The notes under the pieces are model-generated. The model was not told the origin of the DNA and made no database searches. It worked only from the letters and a program-made list of their open reading frames with translations. DNA of 63,393 bases, counting the filler, from Globobulimina sp. (taxonomy: Eukaryota), in NCBI GenBank assembly GCA_003354225.1. It is 47 parts of 47 records of this genome, joined end to end, with 100 filler letters (N's around TTAATTAATTAA, not from the genome) between each part and the next. Parts side by side here need not be neighbours in the genome. Positions count along the whole stretch, not along the records: positions 1 to 1,252 come from PIVH01020078.1; positions 1,353 to 2,604 come from PIVH01020079.1; positions 2,705 to 3,956 come from PIVH01020080.1; positions 4,057 to 5,308 come from PIVH01020081.1; positions 5,409 to 6,660 come from PIVH01020082.1; positions 6,761 to 8,012 come from PIVH01020083.1; positions 8,113 to 9,364 come from PIVH01020084.1; positions 9,465 to 10,716 come from PIVH01020085.1; 39 more parts are not named here. The stretch is one strand, 5' to 3'. A program made the translations under genes and the position numbers. Positions 1 through 12,168 of this stretch are shown in pieces. The number at the start of each line of letters is the position of its first letter. Position 1 is the first letter of the stretch.

Positions 1-1252
1 CACATACTGTCATATCGTTAAATATCCACCCTTCCTCAAGAATTCTTGCGGCGGTAATTTACTACGCAGACCAGCCATTGATCAAAATAACAGAGATCCA
101 ACTGAATGGAGTCAACAATGGACAATATTTTGAGATTTATAATTTTTGCCATAACATAACAGATCTGTCACAACTCCAAATCTATGGCATTGGACATGGA
201 AATTTAGCTGCTTTGCTGCAACTGAATCAAGGCAATGTTGCGGTTGTATATAACACAGATAATCGATATTCAAACCAAGCCGCAACACCGAATTGCATCA
301 ATTGCCAATGTATTGAATCTGCACTGACCGCATCTATCGCAAATATGAAATGGTGTGACAATGCAGTTTATATTGGATGCTGTGATATGGATATACCAAA
401 TTCTTGCGAACCAAACAATTTCCCATTTGAAAATGTAGCAAACTGTGCATTTGACACTGGATTAGCAATGATATCATTTACTATCGGTTTAATATGGACA
501 AACCCTCAAACATCAATAAGAAAATTAGTGACAAAATTGATTTTCAATGCCACTCAACAATGGCCCACAGTCTCTGATAATTATGCATTGGAGCTGAAAA
601 ACAAAGGATATAATAATATGTTTGGATCATCCTGGACAATGTCATGCGATTCAGGTACTGTATATGTTTTGGATTGAATTGCTTTTGTGTGTCTTTGTAA
701 ACATTTATGTATTGCCAAAGGAGGGACGCCCGGAGACCATTACCTGTCTAATCTGTGTTCCTTTGATTGTGCAGTGGATGGGAATGCTTTATGTAACTTA
801 AATGGCGGAATTATGAGTGCAGCTCAATGTGTTGGAGCATCATGTGATTGTTTGGCTGGTTTTTATGCCCATTATCATACATGTTTAGCATTGCCAACAC
901 CCACTGATTGCAATGCTGTGGCTCAGAGTCAAACTGCTTCAAATACTACGTTTGGTATTGCCGCATGGGACGCTGACACCACATATCTGTACTTTCATTG
1001 TGAGGAACCAATGGGTTGTATCGGAGTGTATACGTACTCTGAAACAGTTACTTCACTGTTAACATCAATCGTATTTGATCAAGGTACGTTATCTGCAGAT
1101 GTTTGACTTAATTCACACAATGCATGTTAATGTTTGTTAGGAAGAGCTTTGAAATATTGAGACTGAAGGACATTTTTTAATTGTTACTGGTTTAACCGGT
1201 GACTCCGGCCGTATAAATGGTATTATTTGGTATTTTAGCGGTGGATAACAAA
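1..1252 (+). CDS. Partial Cys-rich extracellular protein with lamin-tail-like domain start and EGF-like segment, intron-containing
   Basis: KITEIQLNG...GQYFEIYN resembles an LTD start; C-x-C-LAGF EGF-like motif; GT...AG breaks near 654-720 and 1084-1140. Confidence 0.4.
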
Positions 1253-1352
1253 NNNNNNNNNNNNNNNNNNNNNNNNNNNNNNNNNNNNNNNNNNNNTTAA
1301 TTAATTAANNNNNNNNNNNNNNNNNNNNNNNNNNNNNNNNNNNNNNNNNNNN
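1253..1352. other. Artificial contig linker (44 N + TTAATTAATTAA + 44 N); first of 46 identical linkers spaced about 1350 bp apart
   Basis: Identical 100-bp spacer recurs throughout; contigs between linkers decrease from 1252 to 1250 bp. Confidence 0.99.
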
Positions 1353-1737
1353 TATTCAAGCGATGTTTCATCCATTTTTATCTACGGTGGAGTTTTGCAA
1401 GCATCCGTTTTGTCCAATCTATATATTTTATCATGCATTAAATGGAAATGATAATTATGCAGCTACATGACTCATAATTCAATTAAATTATGCTATAAAT
1501 GCAACCAACAATAAATAATTATATTTAATTCATCGTTGCTTAATGATTGGTTGTCGCCTAAAAAACTGTTGGGTTGGACACAATAAACTACGATTGCATA
1601 TTATGTATTGATGAGCTAAAAATCTATTAATTCATATCCGAGCTGTTTTCTTTTCTGTTTTGAGTTTTCGACATCACTGCAATGTTTTTTTTACAGTTTT
1701 GAGTTTTCGAATTCTGGTATCTTTGACCTAAACCACC

Positions 1738-2469
1738 ATGGACGGAACACGCCCACTCACAGCAGAGCAAGCAAATAAATATGGTTCCGAACCAGTAATA
1801 GCATATCATCGAAGACAAACCGGCTGTATTGGCATAATGGTAATTATAGCCGGTATTGGATTCCTTATTGGTGGTTTCGCCTCACTTTTTGTGGGCAATT
1901 ATGGAACGAGTCCTGACAATATTATTAGTGGAATTGTATGGATTACCATCGGATTTGGAATGTTATGGATTCAGGTTGAAGATCGAGGAGAATATTTATT
2001 ATTAACTACAGGTCCATGTAGATGGGCATTATGCGGCTGCGGCAAAGAGAAAATATATTATAGCAACATTAAAGATTATGGTTTGACCCAAACATGTTTT
2101 TATGGATTTGGAATCAATTGGTGTTCCTCCATTAAATTGTTTAATAATTGTAGTTGTTGCTGTGGTGGAGGCAGTTGGTGCGGACATAAAACGGTGAGAT
2201 TGACCATAAAGGAACGACCGCAGGGCTTTGGCGCAAAGGATAATGATGATTGTTGCTGGGAAAGTTGCTGTTTATCATGTTGTTGTGGGGAGAGAGGACA
2301 TTATATCGGTAAGGGATGTTGTTGTCAACCTGTCTGTAATCCGTGTAATGCCAATTGTTGTGCGATGAATACTGTCTTTGTATCGACCAATGACCCAAAC
2401 GGATTGATGCATTTATTAATGCAAAATGTACGCTCTGAGGGCAATCAAATTCAATACGTAAATATATAA
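1738..2469 (+). CDS. Two-TM, Cys-rich membrane protein of unknown function
   Basis: 243-aa ORF with ATG and TAA, two hydrophobic helices, CC clusters, C-terminal VFVSTNDP. Confidence 0.7.
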   Translation: MDGTRPLTAEQANKYGSEPVIAYHRRQTGCIGIMVIIAGIGFLIGGFASLFVGNYGTSPDNIISGIVWITIGFGMLWIQVEDRGEYLLLTTGPCRWALCGCGKEKIYYSNIKDYGLTQTCFYGFGINWCSSIKLFNNCSCCCGGGSWCGHKTVRLTIKERPQGFGAKDNDDCCWESCCLSCCCGERGHYIGKGCCCQPVCNPCNANCCAMNTVFVSTNDPNGLMHLLMQNVRSEGNQIQYVNI

Positions 2470-2880
2470 ATTATTATATTATTGGTTATTGCTCCAATAT
2501 CAAAAATATGAAACAAGTCAATATGAATACTGTTCAAAATTTGCATATGGCAAGAAATTAGAAATACGTACGGCAAACCTTAAAGTAGAGCGTCTCTCTT
2601 TGTANNNNNNNNNNNNNNNNNNNNNNNNNNNNNNNNNNNNNNNNNNNNTTAATTAATTAANNNNNNNNNNNNNNNNNNNNNNNNNNNNNNNNNNNNNNNN
2701 NNNNAAATAAAAATAAAATACCAATGAAACTTCTACGTTGTCACAGATATAGCTTTCCAACTGTCAGATAGAATGAATTATCATTATTTTGTTGTTTCAT
2801 TTTAAACATAATTAAAACTTTTCTTAAGATTTTTATAGTATGTTGCAAAAAAAAAACATAAATAAATTATTTAATAACAA

Positions 2881-3425
<545 letters not shown>

Positions 3426-3503
3426 TCAATATATTTGGAGAGGATTAAAGTACGACGCACGCTTTTATGTTACAACGAAAACGTTTTAGTAAACTATCTG
3501 GCC

Positions 3504-3956
3504 ATGTTTCTTGTGTCAGTGTTCGGCATACTTTTGAGCGAAATATGTTATTCAGCAACAACTGTATCAATCGATGGTACCAATTTCAAAATAAATAATG
3601 TTATAACCTATAATTCTGCATCCAATGCAAATCTCAAAGGATTAATGTTTAATTCTAGAATGGTACAAGGAATATTTGACGATTATAATGAATCTACAGT
3701 GCATAATTGGGATTATCCAGATACAAAGAAATGGGATCCAGATAGAAACGTTGATGAATTTGTTGGAAATATGTCATTGTGGCGAGAAAATGGTCTTTTA
3801 TCATTTACTGTCGGCTTAGTATGTTAATAATAAATATAATATCTCATATATATGCATATATAATATCAATTAATGTACACGTAGCAAGGTGGTTGTCCAT
3901 GTATGTTCAAATTATATTTATCATCACATACAGCATAGTACACACACTTACATACA
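3504..3956 (+). CDS. Secreted bacterial-type putative glycoside hydrolase-like protein, 3' truncated; introns 3819-3884 and from 3901
   Basis: Signal peptide; GLMFNSRMVQGIFDD, YPDTKKWDPDRN, WRENGLLSFTVGL|QGGCP after splicing. Confidence 0.7.
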
Positions 3957-4056
3957 NNNNNNNNNNNNNNNNNNNNNNNNNNNNNNNNNNNNNNNNNNNN
4001 TTAATTAATTAANNNNNNNNNNNNNNNNNNNNNNNNNNNNNNNNNNNNNNNNNNNN

Positions 4057-5308
4057 AATATAGATCATATACAAAAATTAATTGATACTGAAACACATGA
4101 ATTAAAACAATGGAATATGACTATAAATCCGACGAAATCAAAAATAGTCAAAATATCGAAACATAAAAAATTCTTCAACGAATCATACAGCAAATCCTTT
4201 ATTAATGAGTCTGATATAATTATAAATAACAAGAACATTAATTGGACGCCAATCAAATCCAATATTGTCAAATGGATTGGCTTTCGACTAAATTTCAACA
4301 AACGCAACTTCTTAGGTTACCATGTTGAGCAAAAATGTGTGACTTTTCAGAGACTGAGAGGTCAGCTTTACTTCAAAAAGATTTTGGGAAACGAAATATC
4401 GATTGAGATACAAATGAAATTATATAAAACTATCATAAGAATGGCATTTTGTTATGGACTGAAAATATGTGCATTAAATAAAACCCAATACAAAAAAATT
4501 GATTCAACACAACACGCTTTTTTAACAACAATAATGGGAACACGAAGAACGATAAATTCGCAATCACTAAGAATAATACTCGGCGTTCCAAAGTTATCGG
4601 ATTTTATAATCAAACAAAAACTAAATATGTACTATAACTTATTTAAATTAAAAACGGATAATTATACCAAAATAATTAAATCAAATTATAAAGAATTATA
4701 TCAAAAATATATAAATAATAATCATAGTTTAAAAGGAATCAGTGATAAATGGTCATACATATCATTGGATTATTTTAATACATTAAAATTATGGGATTTG
4801 GATACTAAATATTATGATATTAATAATTTACCAGATACAAAATCTGAATGGAAATCAATAATCAATCAAAAATATAGAAATATTTATAGAAACGAATTAA
4901 ATGAATTTATAATAAATAAAAATGGGAGAATATTAAACTTAATAATAGGATCACATGAAATATTTACAAATTATAATAATAAAATATACTCCGGATTGAT
5001 AACGGAATTAAAATGCATTTATAAGAGCGATATATCCACATTAAATCTAAAAAAATCAATAAAATTATTATTTAATTGGACGAAAATCAGCTTTCTAACA
5101 ATCAAAAACATCAATAACAAATCGGTTGTTGTACCTTTAACAAATCGGGATAATGATAAAATCTGTCCACTATGCGGTTCGAAAAGGACTATTTCCAACT
5201 ACCACTTGATTTGGTTGTGCAGTGCCATTGAGAGAAACAAAGACATCCAATGGACAAAGAAAACTGACTTTAGTGAAAACATAAACTTTCTAATGGGAAT
5301 ACAAAAGA
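4057..5308 (+). mobile_element. Non-LTR retrotransposon ORF2 C-terminal part (end of RT plus Zn knuckle)
   Basis: QWNMTINPTKSKIV (late RT motif), LYKTIIR, C-terminal CPLC...HLIWLC; no introns. Confidence 0.75.
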
Positions 5309-5408
5309 NNNNNNNNNNNNNNNNNNNNNNNNNNNNNNNNNNNNNNNNNNNNTTAATTAATTAANNNNNNNNNNNNNNNNNNNNNNNNNNNNNNNNNNNN
5401 NNNNNNNN

Positions 5409-6329
5409 AGGATTGTCTGTGGGTGAATCACTGGGTTGATTTGTAGGCGATGCTGTTGGATCATATGCTGTAGAATAAAAACAAAATCTCATATTGTTTT
5501 ACGCAAAATGCAAATTATTAAAACATACTTGTATGTGTTGGATGTACAGTCGGTTGCGATGTAGGCACAGATGTTGGATGTACAGTTGGTTGCGATGTAG
5601 GATAATGTGTAGGATATATGGTAGGGTGACTGGTTGGGTTTGTCGAGGGATTCAATGATGGCATACTAGGAGCAACACCTTGAAATAAGCAAAACATATG
5701 ATATAATTATAAATGCTGTAACAAAAAGTGAACTGTGACAGTATACAAAACTTGGTGCTGTTGTTGGGTTTGCAGTGTGTGCGGAAGGCATATTTGTCGG
5801 TGATGTTGTTGGTGATGCGGTAAATGCAGCGGGTATATTTGCTGGACAATCACCAATACAATCAAATGAATCTGCATTGGTTGCATCGATACTACCAAAA
5901 CTTTGGCATGCTGTGGTGAAGCGGCCAGTACATTGTAATTCGCAATGTCCGGTGCCGCAACTTATATCAATGTTGTCTTTGCACGCATCGTCGCCATTAC
6001 ATAACACGGTCACATCTGTGGCTGTAGCGGCATTAATTGTTGTTCCCGCGGAACATGTTGCTTTAGCATCGCAGAGTATTGTACACGGATCATTTGCTCT
6101 GCAGGTTAAGGTCTGTTCTTTACAGCGATCTTGTCCGCCACCACAACTGTACATGTATTAAATGTTAATTATTCGTTTTATTAATGCAATTTAGAACATA
6201 CTCCAATATGCAAGTTGTTCCTGTTGGTGCTGTTGGACAATGACAATTTCCGGAACAGCTGACAGTTTGCGCGTTAATGTAAGTAATAATTGAAACCAAA
6301 ATGAGTAGTATATTATCGGATGACAGCAT
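5409..6329 (-). CDS. Secreted Cys-rich protein with PT/mucin-like repeats, multi-exon, 3' truncated
   Basis: Signal peptide from ATG 6329, Cys-rich exon about 5750-6150, PTSQPTVH repeats in downstream exons. Confidence 0.65.
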
Positions 6330-6760
6330 GGTTGGACAAAGATGATGAAGCCCGAGTAGGTAGAGTTTTTAGTAACAAAGTTTATTTTCTGTGATACAAA
6401 AAGTGTGCTGAAAACGAAACTTGCGTTATTTTTATCCTACTTTTTTGAAAACTTAAGTTTTAGCCATAATTGAATTACCTGGTTCCATCACCTACGTTGG
6501 AATAATTACCTGCTTTTCCGCAATATTGAGAATAAGTGAAACATAGGATTATTAGAAGCAGGTTTTATTTGATATCGACTTGCCAGAATATGGATATAAT
6601 GCATATTGGAATGATACTGGGATATTTATTTGATTTGGGATTCATTTCACAAGAAACTACNNNNNNNNNNNNNNNNNNNNNNNNNNNNNNNNNNNNNNNN
6701 NNNNTTAATTAATTAANNNNNNNNNNNNNNNNNNNNNNNNNNNNNNNNNNNNNNNNNNNN

Positions 6761-7319
6761 GAAGAAGAAGAGCTTCAGCGTGGTGTCGTAGAATGCCGTG
6801 TCGGTAAAGAGCGGATGTGAACGCACTCCAGCCCAATCCGCACTGAACATGATGCCCGGCATATAGCCCATGATGGCGTTCTTGGTCCGAAGCGCCGGCT
6901 GTATTGCCCTGGAATGTCTCTCCATATTCTGCAAATGTCTCTCCATCGTCGGAATATGATAATTTATACGTTTTGACCCATTGCGATGTAATATCTTTGC
7001 GCGGCCACGTTGAGACTGAATCGACTCGAAATGTTTCACCGAAATCAACTTGGACATATTGAGCAGCCGCTTCAGAATTATCTGTGGCACACCACGCAAT
7101 TCCAGTTTGTCTGGCACCCCACACATAACATGATGGATGGTTATAATTAGTCTGCGTTGAAAACGCAGCATCCGGTAACGGCTCGATTAACGGCACTGGT
7201 TCGAATTCAATTGATGACGCTGCTCATTTTATTTATTTATATATTTATGTATTGTTAATTGTATTTGTGTATGCAGTACCTGGTGCTATCCAATATGCGA
7301 TAAATATGAAAAACCACAT
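6761..7319 (-). CDS. Secreted F5/8 type C (discoidin) domain protein, partial
   Basis: Signal peptide MWFFIFIAYW; AWCA, YVQVDFG, QWVKTYKLSYSDDG, FQGN motifs. Confidence 0.8.
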
Positions 7320-7443
7320 GATCACTGTACGTCGTAAGAAAAGCTACTTTTTGCGCTGTTGTCTGTTGCTGTCTAAATATTATTACGAGGAAAACAGATA
7401 ACAAAAAGTTTTTCAGCAAACCAAATCACTGCTGTTTTTTACA

Positions 7444-7956
7444 ATGGTTTCTTTTGAATACCTAGCGATGATATTTTATTATTCGCACTATATCAGCATA
7501 TCGCAAACAATACACAATCATGAGTACATAACGGATTTAGATGAATTATTGCATGATGCAAAAGAAAATCATGACATGGCGATTTATGGAAATCCGTTAT
7601 TAACCGCACAATGTAAAAATGCGTTACTGGCTGAACACAAATATAACATCAATACGACCTTACATTGGAAGGGTCTGCCTTTGCCATGGTTTTGGTCGCG
7701 AGAATCACTCGATGCCACCATAAGAGACAAGCCATTACACCGTCGCTTAAAAATAACGCATGCACTGAAACCAGTGATGACATTGCCGTGGAGTTCCACT
7801 GTAAGTAACCAATACGCTGCGGCCTATAAACAGTTACCTTCGCACATTGTAAGATGGTACGACAGATTGGGCGACAAATCACATCCAGGCAATACATACA
7901 GCGATGATTACGAGGCAATTGCTACGAAATTAGCAAATCTAAATGAGTTATATTAG
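7444..7956 (+). CDS. Hypothetical protein
   Basis: 170-aa ORF divergent from the discoidin gene. Confidence 0.45.
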   Translation: MVSFEYLAMIFYYSHYISISQTIHNHEYITDLDELLHDAKENHDMAIYGNPLLTAQCKNALLAEHKYNINTTLHWKGLPLPWFWSRESLDATIRDKPLHRRLKITHALKPVMTLPWSSTVSNQYAAAYKQLPSHIVRWYDRLGDKSHPGNTYSDDYEAIATKLANLNELY

Positions 7957-8283
7957 AGAGAGTCGTTGCTAGCGAATGTGCTGTAGTATCACACTACAAA
8001 AGCGGGTTCGTCNNNNNNNNNNNNNNNNNNNNNNNNNNNNNNNNNNNNNNNNNNNNTTAATTAATTAANNNNNNNNNNNNNNNNNNNNNNNNNNNNNNNN
8101 NNNNNNNNNNNNTTACAGATTTAAAGTAAAACGAAGAAGTTTTTTGTATCTTGGCTATATTTAGCGTAATAATTACATAATTGCCCAACTGGGTGTCTGT
8201 TTAGCAGATACAGTTAGATCACAGTCAGATCGTAAGATCATCAGAGCACATAAATCGTGATTTGAAGATCTAGGACGTGTTAA

Positions 8284-8475
8284 CTCATTTTTGGGTACAC
8301 CAAATTTTGCCTATCAAAAAAGCAATCCTCAGCTCTACTGCGTTTAGATACTAAAGCAGTGGTCCTGCGTTTGGCAAACAGTGTATTTACTGTTTGGTCC
8401 TGATTTTTTATGTAAACACAGTGGAGTTGGATATTGCTTTTTTGATAGGCAAAACTTGGTGTACCCAAAAATGTG
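8284..8475. mobile_element. MITE-like element with about 43-bp terminal inverted repeats flanked by TTAA (piggyBac-like)
   Basis: TTAA|CTCATTTTTGGGTACACCAAATTTTGCCTATCAAAAAAGCAAT ... ATTGCTTTTTTGATAGGCAAAACTTGGTGTACCCAAAAATGTG|TTAA; 2 mismatches between arms. Confidence 0.7.
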
Positions 8476-8585
8476 TTAACACGATACTTGCTCATGATTA
8501 TAAAATAGAAACGATTAAGCGTCAGAAATTGTCAAGATCTGATAAAAAACTTTGTAGCACCACAAGCAAACTGGCATAACTAATT

Positions 8586-9364
8586 ATGGTATTTTATTTA
8601 ATTGGTTTAGGCTTAGGATCTCCAGATGATATAACAGTGAAAGGATTGAATGCATTGAAAACATGTTCATTTGTGTTTTTGGAACATTACACATCAATTT
8701 TATGCGACACAACAACAGAAGAATTGGAAAGTTATTACAATCAGCAATTCAATGATCAAAAAATAAAAATAGTTTTAGCTGATCGATTAATGGTTGAACA
8801 AAACTCAAATAAAATATTGAACATTGACGGATGCATTAATAACAACACTGCCTTTTTAGTTGTTGGCGATCCATTTGCAGCCACAACGCACACAGATTTG
8901 TTATTGCGTGCCGCCAAAGACAAGAACATTGAATGTGTTGTGATCCATAATGCATCGATTATGAATGCAGTCAGTTGTTGTGGTTTACAATTATACTCAT
9001 TTGGTGCTACGGTATCTATTCCATTCTGGACAGATACATGGAAACCGTATTCATTTTATGAAAAAATAAAAAAAAACAAAGACATTGGTCTGCATACGTT
9101 ATGTTTATTGGATATTAAAGTTAAAGAAATATCAGAAACGAATTTATTAAAAGGAATAAATAAATACGAAGAGCCACGATTTATGACAATAAATGTTTGT
9201 ATTGAACAGTTGTTACACATTGAAAAAGAACACCAACAAAACGGTATGTTTTCTCATAATTATTTATGGAAACGCTTAGTAATTAAAACGTAAATGACAC
9301 GCAGTTTATGATGAAAATACCAAATGTGTGGGTTTGGCGAGAATTGGATCGACAACACAACACA
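8586..9364 (+). CDS. DPH5: Diphthine methyl ester synthase, 3' truncated; intron 9244-9304
   Basis: FYLIGLGLG, DITVKGL, FLVVGDPFAATTHTDL, HNASIMNAV, GLHTLCLLDIKVKE, spliced CVGLARIG. Confidence 0.97.
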
Positions 9365-9464
9365 NNNNNNNNNNNNNNNNNNNNNNNNNNNNNNNNNNNN
9401 NNNNNNNNTTAATTAATTAANNNNNNNNNNNNNNNNNNNNNNNNNNNNNNNNNNNNNNNNNNNN

Positions 9465-10554
9465 CATTGCAGTTTATATATTTATCAAAGAAATCGCAAA
9501 TATTTGGGATAAATTCCGATAATTTTTCGCGAGCACTTTGTTCCGTTTCATTGATACAATATAATTGTATTAAATATTTTGATATGATGAGACTTAGATC
9601 ATTTTGCAAATTAAATTGATTGCAATTGCCGCGGTTTAACGTCTCTTGAAATAATTCGTGTGCCATGTTGCCATATAACAAAACTGCTTTTTCTTCAGAG
9701 AAACGGATATTATTTGCCAAGATTTCCTTGCGTTGACAAGGATAACTCGATGCAATTCGGGTCGGTATCATTAGGCAATCCGGGTGTATTACTAAATAAT
9801 TATGCAAATTATCAATGATAATATCACAGCAAATATCTAGAATTATGGGCAGATTCTCGTTTGGTGTCATGTAGATTGGATATATATTATTATTATGCTT
9901 ATTTTCCAATTCATCAAATAATCTGCGCATTATTTCAACAGTCTCGCCAATGACATGTATGATATCATGGACACAAATAATTGATTCATACCAATCCTCT
10001 CTTATTTCGATGGTCCATTCCAATTCCTGCGAAACATCAATATCTTCATCCTCGTCCGCGGCGGGTTTGGTTTTTAAATCTTTGACTCGCAATATCTTAC
10101 TCCGCGTATGATGATCATTGATAATGTCAACCACTTCGAATCTATAATATCGATCTTTGTTTTTGTTGGAATGAGTGTCGGCCATTTGTTGCGTATCAAC
10201 ACTGCCCATATTTCTGTTGTATTGTTTCTGTGACAATGGTGAGTTTACTGTGCGCTTTGTATTCGGCGAAAAATCGATTGCTGGCTCATGCTCATTGTGA
10301 TTAATATCCATTTTACGAGTATATGGAGGCGTGGATGGTGCTGCTGTTACCACCATATTATTATTATTATTATCAAAGGACAATCTTTTAATTACATTTG
10401 TATTTGTTTTGTGATTATCCACATCATACAATGCCATTAATAACGCAGTTTCGTCCAAATCATCGTCAAAATAATCAAATGCGTCATTCAGATTATCATC
10501 GTTGGCCTCATTGCCATTCATTTGTATGTCGTGGTCGTTGGTGGTACTTAACAA
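9465..10554 (-). CDS. DNA2: DNA replication helicase/nuclease DNA2, N-terminal part
   Basis: IREDWYES, YLVIHPD, TRIASSYPCQRK, LYGNMAHELFQ match the Dna2 N-terminal domain. Confidence 0.85.
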
Positions 10555-10888
10555 TGAATCCAGTAAAGAGCTCAGTTTTTTGCGTGAAATTTCCTCTTTT
10601 GGTGTTATAGCGGGAATTAATAACGGTAAACAATGATTAGCAGCACTAACCGCCTTAATGTATTTCTCACCTGTGATATGAAATGGGTGTGGACCAATAA
10701 TTTCTTTATCACAAATNNNNNNNNNNNNNNNNNNNNNNNNNNNNNNNNNNNNNNNNNNNNTTAATTAATTAANNNNNNNNNNNNNNNNNNNNNNNNNNNN
10801 NNNNNNNNNNNNNNNNAAACGGGTTTTCCCATTTCTTTTTGTGAAAATTCACATGTACAGTACCAAGAACATATTGCTACTTATACAT

Positions 10889-11660
10889 TTAACAAAACCT
10901 TTTAACAGCCTCCTCCCTCCTGATCGTAATTTGTTTATTAATCTCCCGATATTCAGACAAATCCTGTTCCGTCAACAATTTGACAGCCTGCAAACATGTA
11001 CGATGATGTTGCCTGCAATCATCGCGATATAAAAACCACTTAAATCCCTCTTTCAACATATTCTGATTATGTCTATATAATCCGCCCTCCACTCCAGTTT
11101 TGTCACTGTTGTCCTCCACCCATTGCTTCAATGAATTGAGAACCGGAGTACGCAACTTATACAACAAAAACGTCACAAAACCGACGTACAAAATAGCAAT
11201 ACAACATACCCGCGGTCTCTCCTTTGCGATTCCGAACAATCCCTTGATGCCATTCTCGCAGTTTTCCTTTGTAAACTGGTTCAACTCTGTCATTTTGCGC
11301 GGTTTGTTCAATGCGTCAGTCAGAGCCTTGAGCCATGCCTTTGCTTTGGAGGTTAACTGAGACTCAGTTAACAATGGATGGCCATCGTTGATATTGATCA
11401 AACTAAACCGGTTTTTATCTTTCGTCGGAATGCGACACGTTGTGTGCAGTATCATTGACTTTGCAAATTTGATGGCAAAATCCCGCACTTCGGCTTTCTT
11501 GGCAGGTAATAATAATAATATGTTATCCACGATCTTCTGAGAGACATCAAATACGGCTTTGTACTGATTGAATTTCGGGAATCTTTGGCTGGTTTTATCG
11601 CCATTCTCCTCCTCATCGGAGTCGTCATCGTGGTCGGCGTTGTTTCGACGATAAGCGTTG
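10889..11660 (-). CDS. Hypothetical protein fragment; frame continues upstream of 11530 (NAYRRNNADHDDDSDEEENG...) to the junction
   Basis: Open frame with acidic stretch, cut by a TGA inside the adjoining pilin sequence. Confidence 0.45.
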
Positions 11661-11931
11661 CTTTTCCAGACTCTGCATCAATAATTATATTCCTCTCTTT
11701 AGAACAATAATCAAACTGGCTATTAGTACTACAAGCTATCTGGCAACTTTGAACAATCGTCTGGACATTAACCTTTCCACCCCCAATATTCACCACTTTA
11801 TCCCAAAGATTACCCCACCCCGTCGTAAACCCATATATAATCACCACCAAAACCACCAACGCCAAAATAATCATAACAATTGTCCCAATTGTCATTTCAG
11901 CTCCTCGCTTATTCAATTTATTTATCTTCAT
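11661..11931 (-). CDS. Archaeal (Pacearchaeota/Woesearchaeota-like) type IV pilin-like protein with class III signal peptide, apparently truncated at a junction
   Basis: NKRG-AEMTIGTIVMIILALVVLVVII...GWGNLW, CQIAC...YC; Shine-Dalgarno just upstream of ATG 11931. Confidence 0.75.
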
Positions 11932-11933
11932 CT

Positions 11934-11941
11934 TCACCTCC
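11934..11941 (-). promoter_or_regulatory. Prokaryotic Shine-Dalgarno sequence GGAGGTGA
   Basis: AAAAGGAGGTGAAGATG precedes the pilin ORF; AAAAGTTTTTGAA BRE/TATA-like box about 40 nt further upstream. Confidence 0.7.
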
Positions 11942-12168
11942 TTTTATACATCTAACTATCCTAAACCATAGATTAACTTATTCAAAAACTTTTACAAAAC
12001 ATAAAAACAAACCTTAGCATAAAAAAACTCAACCCTCATATCGGTTTATCGATTACTAAGGATTATAANNNNNNNNNNNNNNNNNNNNNNNNNNNNNNNN
12101 NNNNNNNNNNNNTTAATTAATTAANNNNNNNNNNNNNNNNNNNNNNNNNNNNNNNNNNNNNNNNNNNN

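Noticed and set aside
11452-11660. C-terminal extension of the 161-aa pilin ORF
   Set aside because: Out-of-frame reading of the adjoining unrelated coding sequence
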